Assembly: GCF_009914755.1 (NCBI RefSeq)
Contig: NC_060944.1
DNA: 64,000 nt
DNA from: the human T2T-CHM13v2.0 reference genome, Homo sapiens
Strand: one strand, 5' to 3'
A program made the position numbers and the translations under genes. This document shows, piece by piece, positions 31,801 through 44,300 of this stretch. The notes below the pieces were generated by a model. It saw only the letters and a program-made list of their open reading frames with translations. It was not told the DNA's origin and made no database searches. Numbering within the stretch: the stretch's first letter is position 1; every line of letters begins with the position of its first letter.

Positions 31801-34800
31801 GAAGCATTCTCAGAAACTTCATTGTGATGTGTGTACTCAACTCACAGAGTTGAACCTTTCTTTTGATAGAGCAGTTTTGAAACTCTCTTTTTGTAGAATC
31901 TGCAAATGGTTATTTGGACATCTTTGAGGCTTTCATTGAAAACGGGAATATCTTCGAATAAAAACTAGACAGAAGCATTCTCAGAAACTTCTTTGTGATG
32001 TGTGTATTCAACTCACAGAGCTTAACATTCCTTTTCATAGAGCAGTTTTGAAACACTCTTTTTGTAGAATCTGCAAGTCGACATTTGGAGCGCTTTGAGA
32101 CCTTCGTTCGAAACGGGAATATCTTCACATAAAAACTGGAAAGAACCATTCTCAGAAACTTCTTTGTGATGTGTGCATTCAACTCACAGAGTTCAACCCT
32201 TCTTTTGAGAGAGCAGTTCTGAAACACTCTCTCTGTAGAATTTGCTGGTGGACTTTTGGTGTGCTTTGAGGCCTATGGTGAAAAAGGAAATATCTTAACA
32301 TAAAAATAAGACAGAAGCATTCTCAGAAACATCTTTGCGACGTGTGCACTCAACTCACAGGGTTGAAACTTTCTTTTGATAGAGCAGTTTTGAAACACTC
32401 TTTTTGTAGAATCTGCAAGTGGATATTTGGAGCACTTTGTGGCCTTCATTGGAAATGGGAATACCTTTACATAAAAACTAGACAGAAGCATTCTCAGAAA
32501 CTTCTTTATGATGTTTGCATTTAACCCACAGAGTTCAACATTCTTTTTCATAGAGCAGTTCTGAAACACTCTTTGTGTAGAATTTGCAAGTGGACATTTG
32601 GAGAGCTTGGAGGCCTATGGTGAAAAAGGAAATATCTTCACATAAAAACTAGACAGAAGCATTCTCAGAAACTTCTTTTTGATGTGTGTACTCACCTCAC
32701 AGAGATGAACCCTTCTTTTGGTAGAGCAGTTTTGTAACCCTCTTTTTGAAGCATTTACAAGTGGATATTTGAACAGCTTTGAGGCTTTCGTTGGAACCAG
32801 GAATATCCTAACATAAAAACTAGACAGAAGCCTTCTCAGAAACTTCTTTGTGATGTGTGCATTCAACTCACAGTGTTGAAACTTTCTTTAAATAGTGCAA
32901 ATTTGAAACACCCTTTTTGTAGAATTTCCAAGTGGATATTTAGACAGCTTTGAGGCCTTCGCAGGAAAAGGGAGTATCATAACATAAAAACTAGGCAGAA
33001 GCATTCTCAGAAACTTTTTTGTGATGTTTGCATTCAAGTCACACAGTTGACCATTACTTTTCATTGAGCAGTTTTGAAACACTGTTTTTGTAGGATCTGC
33101 AGGTAGACATTTGGAGCGTTTTGAGGCCTACTGTGAAAAGGAAATATCTTCACATAAGAACTAGACAGAAGCATTCTCAGAAACTTCATTGTGATGTGTT
33201 TACTCAACTCACAGAGTGGAACCTTTCTTTTGATACAGCAGTTTTGAAACACTCTATTTGTAGAATCTGCAAGCGGATATTTGAATAGTTTTGAGGCTTT
33301 CGTTGGAAACGGGAATATCTTCACATAAAAACTAGACAGAAGCATTCTCAGAAACTTCTTTGTGATGTGTGTATTCAACTCACAGAGTTGAACATTCCCT
33401 TTCATAGAGCAGTTTTGAAACACTCTTTTTGTAGAATCTACAAGTCGACATTTGGAGCGCTTTGAGGCCTTCGTTCGAAATGGGAATATCTTCACATAAA
33501 AACTATAAAGAACCATTCTCAGAACCTTTTTGTGATGCGTGCGTTCAACTCACAGAGTTGAACCCTTCTTTTGAAAGTGCAGTTCTGAAACACTCTCTTT
33601 GTACTATCTGCAAGTGGAATTTTGGTATGCTTTGAGGCCTATGGTGAAAAAGGAAATATTTTAACATGAAAACAGGACAGAAGCATTCTCAGAAACACCT
33701 TTGTGATGTGTGCATTTAACTCACAGAGTTCAACTTTCCTTTTCATATAGCAGTTTTGAAACACACCTTGTGTAGAGTCTGCAAGTGCACATTTGGAGCG
33801 CTTGGAGGCCTAATGGGAAAAAGGAAATATCTTCACATAAAAACTAGACAGAAGCATTCTCAGAAACTTCTTTTTGATGTGTGTACTCAATTCACAGAGA
33901 TGAACCTTTCTTTTGCTAGAGCAGTTTTGAAACCCTCTTTTTACATTATTTGCAAGAGGATATTTGGACAGCTTTGAGGCCTTCACTCGAAACGGGAATA
34001 TCTTCACATAAAGACTAGACAGAAGCATTCTCAGAAACTTCTTTGTGATGTTTGCATTCAACTCACAGAGTTGAACATTCCTTTTCATATAGCAGTTTTG
34101 AAGCACTCTTTTTGTAGAATATTCAAGTGGACATTTGGAGCGCTTTGAGGCCTATGGTGAAAAAGGGAACATCTTCACATAAAAACTAGACAGAAGCATT
34201 CTCAGAAACTTCTTTTTGATGTGTGTACTCAACTCACAGATTTGAACATTTCTTTTGATAGAGCAGTTTTGAAACACTCTCTTTGTAGTATCTGCAAGTG
34301 GATATTTGGACTCTTTGAGGCTTTCTTTGGAAACGGGAATATCTTCACATAAAAGCTAGACAGAAGCATTCTCAGAAACTACTTCGTGACGTTTGCATTC
34401 AACTCAGAGAGTAGAACATTGCTTTTCATGGAGCAGTTTTGAAACACTCTTTTTGTTGGATCTGCAAGTGGACATTTGGAGCGCTTGGAGGCCTATGGTG
34501 AAAAAGAAATATCTTCACATAAAAACTAGACAGAAGCCGTCTCATAAACTTCTCTTTGATGTGTGTACTCAACTCACAGAGATGAACTTTTCTTTTGCTA
34601 GAGCAGTTTTGTAATCCTCTTTTTGAAGCATTTACAAGTGGATATTCGGACAGCGATGAGGCTTTCATTGGAAACGGGAATATCTTAACATAAAAACTAG
34701 ACTGAAGCCTTCTCAGAAACTTCTTTGTGATGTGTGCATTCAACTCCCAGTGTTGAAACTTTCTTTTGATAGAGCAGATTGGAAACACTCTCTTTGTAGA

Positions 34801-36000
34801 ATCTACAAGTGTATATTTGTACAGCTTTAAGGCTTTCGTTGGAAACGGGAATATCTTCACTTAAAAACTAGACAGAAGCATTCTCAGAAACTTCTCTTTG
34901 ATGTTTCGCATTCAGCTCACAGAGTTGAACATTCCTTTCCATAGAGCACTTTTGAAACACTCTTTTTGTAGTATCTGCAAGTGGGCATTTGGAGAGCTTT
35001 GAGGCCTGTGGTGAAAAAGGAAATATCTTCACATAAAAACTAGATAGAAGCATTCTCAGAAACTTCTTTGTGATGTGTGCATTCAACTCACAGAGTTGAA
35101 CATTCCTTTTCATAGAGCAGTTTTGAAACTCTCTTTTTGTAGAATCTGCAAGTGGACATTTTGACCACTTTGAGGCCTTCATTCGAAACGGGAATATCTT
35201 CAAATAAAACTACACAGAAGCATTCTCAGAAACTTCTTTGTGATGTGTGCATTCAACTCACAGAGTTGAACCCTTCTTTTGATACAGCAGTTTTGAAACA
35301 CTCTCTTCGTAGAATCTGCAATTGGACATTTGGTGTGCTTTGAGGCCTATGGTGAAAAAAGAAATAACTTTACATAAAAACTAGACAGAAGCATTCTCAG
35401 AAACTTCTTTCTGATGTTTGCGTTTAACTCACAGAGTTGAACAGTCCTTTTCATAGAGCAGTTTGAAACACTCTTTTTGTAGAATCTGCATGTGGACATT
35501 TGGAGCGCTTGGAGGCCTATGATGCAAAAGGAAATATCTTCACATAAAAACTAGACAGAAACATTCTCAGAAACTGCTTTTTTGATGTGTGTACTCACCT
35601 CACAGAGATGAACATTTCTTTTTCTAGAGCAGTTTTTAAACACCCTTTTGGAAGCATTTACAAGTGGATAATTGGAGAGCTTTGAGGCTTTCGTTGGAAA
35701 CCGGAATATCTTCACATAAACACTGGAACGAAGCATTCTCAGAAACTTCCTTGTGATGTGTGCATTCAACTTACAGTGTTGTAACTTTCTTTTGATAGCG
35801 TAGATTGGAAACACTCTTTTTGTAGAATTTGCAATTGGATATTTGGACACCTTTGAGGCCTTCGCTGAAAACGGGTTTATCTTCACATAAAAACTAGACA
35901 GAAGCATTCTCAGAAACTTCTTTGTGATGTTTGCATTCAACTCACAGAGTTGAACATTCCTTTTCATAGAGCAGTTTTGAAACACACTTTTTGCAGAATC
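28800..36000 (+). repeat. Alpha satellite layer 2, decayed ~9-mer higher-order repeat
   Basis: Marker GTCGACATTTGG...GTTCGAAA...AAAGA(A/C)CCATTC recurs at ~29345, 30881, 32077 and 33444. Marker GAAGCATTT.CAAGTGG-type recurs at ~30186, 31381, 32748, 34625 and 35651. Confidence 0.85.
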
Positions 36001-39000
36001 TGCAAGTGGACACATGGAGCGCTTTGAGGCCTATGGTGAAAACGGAAATATCTTCACATAAAAACTAGACACAAGCATTCTCAGAAACTTCTTTTTGATA
36101 TGTATACTCAACTCACAGAGTTAAACTTTCTTTTGATAGATCAGTTTTGAAACATTCTTCTTGTAGAATTTACAATTGGATATTAGGACAGCCTTGAGGC
36201 TTTCTTTGGAAACAGGAATATCTTCACATATAAACTAGGCAAAAGCATTCTCAGAAACTTCATTGGGAAGTTTCCATTCAAATCACAGAGTTGAATATTT
36301 CTTTTCATAGAGCAGTTTTGAAACACTCTTTTTGTAGAATCTGCAAGTGGACATTTGGAGCGCTTTGAGGCCTACTGTGAAAAAGGATATATCTTCACAT
36401 AAAAACTAGACAGAAGCATTCTCAGAAACTTCTTTGGATGTGTGTACTCAACACAAAGAGTTAAACCTTTCTTTTGATAGAGCAGTTTTGAAACACTCTT
36501 CTTGTAGAATTTACAAGTCTATAATTGGACAGCTTTGAGACTTTTGTTGGAAACGGAAATAACTTCACCTAAAAAGTAGACGGAATCAGTCTCAGAAACT
36601 TCTTTGTTTTGTGTGCATTCTACTCACAGTGTTGAAAATTTCCTTTTATAGAGCAGAAAGGAAACAATGTTTTTGTAGAATGTGCTTGTGGATATTTGGA
36701 CGGCTTTGAGGCCTTCACAGGAAACGGGACTATCATCATATAAAAACTAGACAGAAGCATTCTCAGAAACTTCTTTTTGATGTGTATACTCAACTTACAG
36801 AGTTGAACATTTCTTTTGTTAGAGCAGTTTTGAAACACTATTTTTGTAGGGTCTGCAAGGGGATATTTGGATAGCTTTGTGGCTTTCTTTGGAAACGGGG
36901 ATTACTTCACATAAAAACTACACAGAAGCATTCTCAGAAACTTCTTTGTAATGTTTGAATTCAACTCACAGAGTTGAACATTCCCTTTCATAGAGCAGTT
37001 TTGAAACACTCTTTTTCTAGAATCTGCATGTGAACATTTGAAGCGCTATGAGGCCTATGGTGAAAAAGAAAATATCTTCACATAAAAACTAGACAGAAGC
37101 ATTCTCAAAAACTTCTTTGTGATGTGTGTACTCAACTCACAGAGTTAAAACTTTCTTTTGATAGAGCAGATTTGAAACACTCTTTTTCTAGGATTTACAA
37201 GTTGATATTAGGACAGCTTTGAGGCTTTCGTTGGAAACGGGAATACCTTCACATAAAAAATAGAAGCATTCTAGAAACTTCTTTGTGAACGTTGCATTCA
37301 ACTCACAGAGTTGAACATGCCTTTTAATAGAGCAGTTATGAATCACTCTTTTTGTAGAATCTGCAAGTGGACGCTTTGAGGCCTATGGTGGAAAAGGAAA
37401 TATCTTCACATAAAAACTAGACAGAAGCATTCTCAGAAACTTCTTTGTGATGTGTGTACTCAACTCACAGAGTTGAACCTTTCTATTGATAGAGCAGTTT
37501 TGAAACACTCTTTTTGTAAAACCTGCAAATGGACATTTGGAGCGATTTTAGGCCTATGGTGAAAAAAGTTATATCTTCACATAAAAACAAGACAGAAGCA
37601 TTCTCAGAAACTTCTTTGTGATGTGTGCACTCAACACACAGAGTTAAAACTTTCTTTTGACAGAGCAGTTTTGAAACACTCTTCTTGTAGAATTTACAAG
37701 TCGATAATTCTACAGCTTTGAGGCTTTTGTTGGAAACGGAAATAACTTCACCTAAAAACTAGACAGAAGCATTCTCAGAAACTTCTTTGTTTTGTGTGCA
37801 TTCTACTCACAGTGTTGAAAATTTCTTTTGATAGAGCCGATTGGAAACACTCTTTTTGTAGAATTTACTAGTGGATATTTGGACAGCTTTGAGGCCTTCA
37901 CAGGAAATGGGAATATCTTCACATAAAAACTAGACAGAAGTATTCTCAGAAACTTCTTTGTGATGTGTATACTCAACTCACAGAGTTGAACACTTCTTCT
38001 GATAGAGCAGTTTTGAAACACTCTCTTTGTAGAATCTGCAAGTGGATATTTGGACAGCTTTCTGGCTTTCGATGGAAACGGGGATATCTTCACATAAAAA
38101 CTACAGAGAAGCATTCTCAGAAACTTCTTTGTGATGTTTGCATACAACTCACAGAGTTGAACATTCCTTTTCATAGAGTAGTTTTGAAACACTCTTTTTG
38201 TAGAATCTGCAAGTGAATATTTGGAGCGCTTCGAGGCCTACGGTGAAAAAGGAAATATCTTCACATAAAAACCGGCAGAAGCATTCTCAGAAACTTCTTT
38301 GTGATGTGTGTACTCAACTCACAGAATTAAACCTTTCTTTTGATAGAGCAGTTTTGAAACACTCTTCTACAAGAATTTACAATTGGATAATAGGACAGCT
38401 TTGAGGCTTTCGTTGGAAACGGGAATATCTTCACATAAAAACTAGATAGAAGAATTCTCAGAAACTTCTTTGTGAAGTTTGCATTCAAATCACACAGTTG
38501 AACATCCCTTTTATTAGAGCAGTTTTGAACACTCTTTTTCTAGATCCTGTAAGTGGACATTTGCAGCGCTTTGAGGCCTACGGTGAAAAAGGAAATATCA
38601 TCACAAAATACTAGACAGAAGGATTCTCAGAAACTTCTTTGTGATTTGTGTACTCAACTCACAGAGTTAAACCTTTCTTTTGATAGAGCAGTTTTGAAAC
38701 ACTCTTCTTGTACAATTTACAAGTGGATATTAGGACAGCTTTGAGGCTTTCGTTGGAAACGGGAATATCTTCACATAGAAATTAGACAGAAGCATCCTCA
38801 GAAACTTCTTTGTCACGTGTGCATTCAACTCACAGAGTTGAAACTTTCCTTTGATAGAGCAGATTGGAAACACACTTTTTGAAATATTTGCAAGTGGATA
38901 TTTGGACAGCTTTGAGGCTTTCGCTGGAAATGGGTGTATCTTCACAAAAAAACTAGACAGAAGCATTCTCAGAAACTTCTTTGTGATGTGTGTACTCGAC

Positions 39001-42000
39001 TCACAGAGTTGAACCTTTCTTTTGATAGAGCAGTTTTCAAACACACTTCTTGCAGAATTTACAAGTGGATATTAGGACAGATTTGAGGCTTTCGTTGGAA
39101 ATGGGAATATCTTCACACATAAAGTAGACAGAAGCATTCTCAGAAACTTCTTTGTGAAGTTTGCATTCAAATCACATTTTTGAACATACCTTTTAATAGA
39201 GCAGTTTTGAAACACACTGTAGAAACTGCAAGTGGACATTTGCAGCGCTTTGAGGCCTATGGTGAAAAAAAAAATCTTCGTATAAAAACTAGACAGAAGC
39301 ACTCTCAGAAACTTCTTTGTGATGTGTGTACTCAACTTACAGAGTTAAACCATTCTTTTGATAGAGGGGTTTTCAAAAACACTTCTTGTAGAATTTACAA
39401 TTGGATATTAGGACAGCTTTGAGGCTTTTGTTGGAAACCAGAATATCTTCACACAAAAACTAGACAGAAGCATTGTCAGAAACATCTTTGTGAAGTTTGC
39501 ATTCAAATCACATAGTTGAACTTACCTTTTAATGGAGCAATTTTGAAATACTGTTTTTGAAGGGTCTGCAAGTGGACATTTGCAGCGCTTTCAGGCCTTT
39601 AGTGAAAAAGGAAATATCTTCCCATAAAAACTAGACAGAAACATTCTCAGAAACTTCTCTGTGATGTGTGTAATCAACTCACAGAGTTGAAACTTTCCTT
39701 TGATAGAGCAGTTTCGAAACAATCTTGTAAAATCTGCAAGTGGATATTTGGACAGCTTTGAATCTTTCGGTGGAAAAGGGAATATCTTCACATGAAAACT
39801 AGACAGAAGAATTCTCAAAAACTTCTTTGTGATGTTTGCCTTCAACTCACAGAGTTGAACATTCCTTTTCTTAGAGCAGTTTTCAAACACTCTTTTTGTA
39901 GAATCTGCAAGTGGACATTTGGAGCGCTTTCAGTCCTATTGTGAAAAAGGAATTATCTTCATATAAAAACTAGACAGAAGAATTCTCAGAAACTTCTTTG
40001 TGATGTGTGTACTCAACTCACAGAGTTAAACCTTTCTTTTGATAGAGCAGTTTTGAAACACTCTGCTTGTAGAATATGTAAGTGGATATTTCGACAGCTT
40101 TGAGGCTTTCGTTGGAAACGGGAAAATCTTCACATAGAAACTACACAGAAGCATTCTCAGAAACTTCTTTGTGATATGCGTCTTCAACTCACAGAGCTGA
40201 AACTTTCCTTTGACGGAGCAGATTTGAAACACACTTTTTGTAGAATTTGCAAGTGGATAGGTTTGAGGTTTGGACAGGTTTGAGGCCTTCGCTGGAAACG
40301 GGAGTATCTTCACAAAGAAACTAGATAGAAGCATTCTCAGAAACTACTTTGTGATGTGTGTACTAAACTCAGAGAGTAGAACCTTTCTTTTGATACAACA
40401 GTTTTGAAACACTCTGTTTGTAGAATTTGCAAGTCGATAATTGGACAGCTTTGAGGCTTTCGTTGGAAACGGGAATATCTTCACATAGAAACTAGACAGA
40501 AACATTCTCAAAAACTGCTTTGTGATGTGTGCATTCAACTCACAGAGTTGAAACTTTCTTTTGATAGAGCAGATTTGAAACACACTTTTTGTAGAATTTG
40601 CAAATGGATATTTGGACAGCTTTGAGGACTTCACAGGAAACTGGAGTATCTTCACAAAAAAACTAGACAGAAGGATTCTCAGAAACTTCTTGTGATGTGT
40701 GTGATCAACTCGCAGAGTTGAAACATTCTTTTGATAGAGCAGTTTTGAAACACTGTTTTTGTAGAATCTGCAGGTGGATATTTGGATAGCTTTGAGGCTT
40801 TCATGGGAAACGGGAATATTTTCACATAAAAACTAGATAGAAGCATTCTCAGAAACTTCTTTGTGTTGTGTGCATTCTACTCACAGTGTTGAAAATTTCT
40901 TTTGATAGAGCAGATTGGAAACACTCTTTTTGTAGAATTTGCTAGTGGATATTTGTACAGTTTTGAGGTCTACGCAGGAAATGGGAATATCTTAATATAA
41001 AAACTAGACAGAAGTATTCTCAGAAACTTCTTTGTGATGTGTATACTCACCTCACAGAGTTGAACATTTCTTCTGATAGAGCAGTTTTGAAACACTCTCT
41101 TTGTAGAATCTGCAAGTGGATATTTGGACAGCTTTCTGGCTTCAATGGAAATGGGGATATCTTCACATAAAAACTAGACAGAAGCATTCTCAAAAACTTC
41201 TTTGTGATGTCTGCATTCAACTCACAGAGTTGAACATTCCTTTTCATAGAGAAGATTTGGAGCACTCTTTTTGTAGAAACTGCAAGAGAACATTTGGAGC
41301 ACTTCGAGGCCTAAGGTTAAAAAGGAAATATCTTCACTTAAAAACTAGACAGAAGAATTCTCAGAAACTTCTTCGTTATGTGTGTACTCAACTCACAGAG
41401 TTGATCCTTTCTTTTGATAGAGCAGTTTTGAAAAACACTCTTTGTTGAATCTGCAAGTGGATATTTGGACAGCTTTGAATCTTTCTTTGGAAACGTCAAT
41501 ATCTTCACATAAAAACTAGACAGAAGCATTCTCAGAAACTTTTTTGTGAAGTTTGCATTCAAATCACAGAGTTGAACATACCTTAAATAGAGCAGTTTTG
41601 AAACAATCTTTTTGTAGAATCTGCAAGTAGACATTTGCAGCGCTTTGAGGCCTAAAGTGTAAAAGGAAATATCTTCACATAAAAACTAGACAGAAGCATT
41701 CTCAGATACTTCTTTGTGATATGTGTACTCAACTCACCGAGTTGAACCTTTCTTGTGATAGAGCAGTTTTGAAACACTCTCTTTGTAGAATCTGCAATTG
41801 GATATTTGGACAGCATTGAATCTTTCGTTGGAAACGGGAATATTTTCACATAAAAACTAAACAGAAGCATTCTCAGAAACTTCTTTGTGGTGTGTGCACT
41901 CAAGTCACAGAATTGAACCTTTCTTACAATAGAGCAGTTTTGAAACCCTCTCTTTGTAGAATATGCAAGTGGATATTTGGACAGCTTTGAATCTTTCGTT

Positions 42001-44300
42001 GGAAACTGGAATATCTTCACATAAAAACTAGACAGAAGCATACTCAATAACTACTTTGTGATGTTTCCCTTCAACTCACAGATTTGAACATTCTTTTTCA
42101 TAGAGCAGTTTTGAGACACTCTTTTTGTCGAATCTGCAAGGGGACATTTGGAGCGCTTTGAGGCCTATGGTGAAAAAGGAAATATCTTCATATAAAAACT
42201 AGACAGAAGCATTCTCAGAAACTTCTTTGTGATGTGTGTAGTCAACTCACAGGGTTAAACCTTTCTTTTGATAGAGCAGATTTCAAACACTCTTCTTGTA
42301 GAATTTACAAGTGGATATTAGGACAGCTTTGAGGGTTTCGTTGGAAAAGGAATATCTTCACATAAAAACTAGACAGAAGCATTCTCAGAAACGTCTTTGT
42401 GAAGTTTGCATTCAAATCACACAGATGAACATAACTTTTAATGGAACAGTTTTGAAACACTCTTTTTGTAGGATCTGCAAGTGGACATTTGCAGCGCTTT
42501 GAGGCCTAAAGTGAAAAAGGAAATATCTTCACATAAAAACTAGATAGAAGCATTCTCGGAAACTTCTTTATGAAGTTTGCATTCAAATCAGAGTTCAACA
42601 TACATTTTAATAGAGTAGTTTTGAAACACTCTTTTTCTAGTATATGTCAGTGGACATTTGCAGCGCTTTGAGGCCTATGGTGAAAAAGGAAATATCTTCA
42701 CATTAAAACTAGACAGAAGCATTCTCAGAAACTTCTTTGGGATGTGTGTACTCAACTCACCGAATTAAACCTTTCTTTTGATAGAGCAGTTTTGAAACAC
42801 TCTTCTTGTAGAATTTACAAGTCGATAATTGGACAGCTTTGAGGCTTTCGTTGGAAGCGGGTATATATTCACATAGAAACTAGACAGAAGCATTCTCAGA
42901 AACTACTTTGTGATGTGTGCATTCAACTCACAGAGTTGAAATTTTCTTTTGATAGACCAGATTTGAAACACACTTTTTGTAGAATTTGCTAGTGGATATT
43001 TGGACAGCTTTGAGGCCTTCGCAGGAAGCGGGAATATCTTCATATAAAAACTAGACAGAATTATTCTCAGAAACTTCTTTGTGATGCGTATACTCAACTT
43101 ACAGAGCTGAAACTTTCTTTTGATAGAGCAGTTCTGAAACATTCTTGTTGTAGAATCTGCAAGTGGATATTTGGACAGCTTTGAATCTTTCCTTGGAAAC
43201 GGGAATATCTTCACATAAAAACTAGACAGAAGCATTCTCAAAATCTTCTTTGTGATGTTTGCCTTCAACTCACAGATTTGAACACACCTTTTCATGGAGC
43301 AGTTTTGAAACACTCTTTTTGTACAATCTGCAAGTGGACACTTGGAGCGCTTTGAGGCCTATGGTGAAAGAGAAAATATCCTCATATAGAAACGAGACAG
43401 AAGCATTCTCAGAAACTTCTTTGTGATGTGTGTACTCAACTTACAGAGTTAAACTTTTCTTTTGATAGAGCAGTTTTGAAACACTCTCTTTGTAGTATGT
43501 GCAATTGGATATTTGGACAGCTTTGAATCTTTCTTTGGAAACGGGAATATCTTCACATAAAAACTAGACAGAATCATTCTCAGAAACTTCTTTGTGAAGT
43601 TTGCATTCAAATAGCAGAGTTCAACATTCCTTTTAATAGAGCAGTTTTGAAACACAGTTTTTGTAGAATCTGCAAGTGGACATTTGCAGTACTTTGAGGC
43701 CAATGGTGAAAAAAGAAATATCTTCACATAAAAACTAGACAGAAGCATTCTCAGAAGCTTCTTTGTGATGTGTGCACTCAACTCACAGAATTGAACCTTT
43801 CTTTTGATAGATCAGTTTGGAACTCTCTCTTTGTAGAAACTGTAAGTGGATATTTTGGCAGTTTTGGATCTTTCGTTGGAAACGGGAATAACTTCACATA
43901 AAAACTAGAGAGAAGCATTCTCAAAAACTACTTTGTGATGTTTGCCTTCAACTCACAGAGTTGAACATTCCTTTTCATAGAGCAGTTTTGTAACACTTTT
44001 TTTGTAGAATCTGAAAGTGGATATTTGGAGCGCTTTGAGGCCTATCGTGAAAAAGGAAATATCTTCACATAAAAACTAGACAGAAGCATTCTCAGAAACT
44101 TCTTTGTTATGTGTGTACTAAACTAACAGATTTGAACCTTTTTTTTGATAGAGCATTTTTGAAACACTCTCTTTGTAGAATCTGCAAGTGGATGTTTGGA
44201 AAGCTTTCAATCCTTCGTTGGAAACGGGATTATCTTCACATAAAAACTAGACAGAAGCATTCTCAGAAACTAGTTTGTTAATGTGTTCTCAACTCACAGA
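36000..44300 (+). repeat. Alpha satellite layer 3, B-rich divergent monomers
   Basis: Signatures TCTTCTTGTAGAATTTACAAG, GTGAAGTTTGCATTCAAATCAC, CATTTGCAGCG and CTTTGAATCTTTC. Boundaries approximate. Confidence 0.8.
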
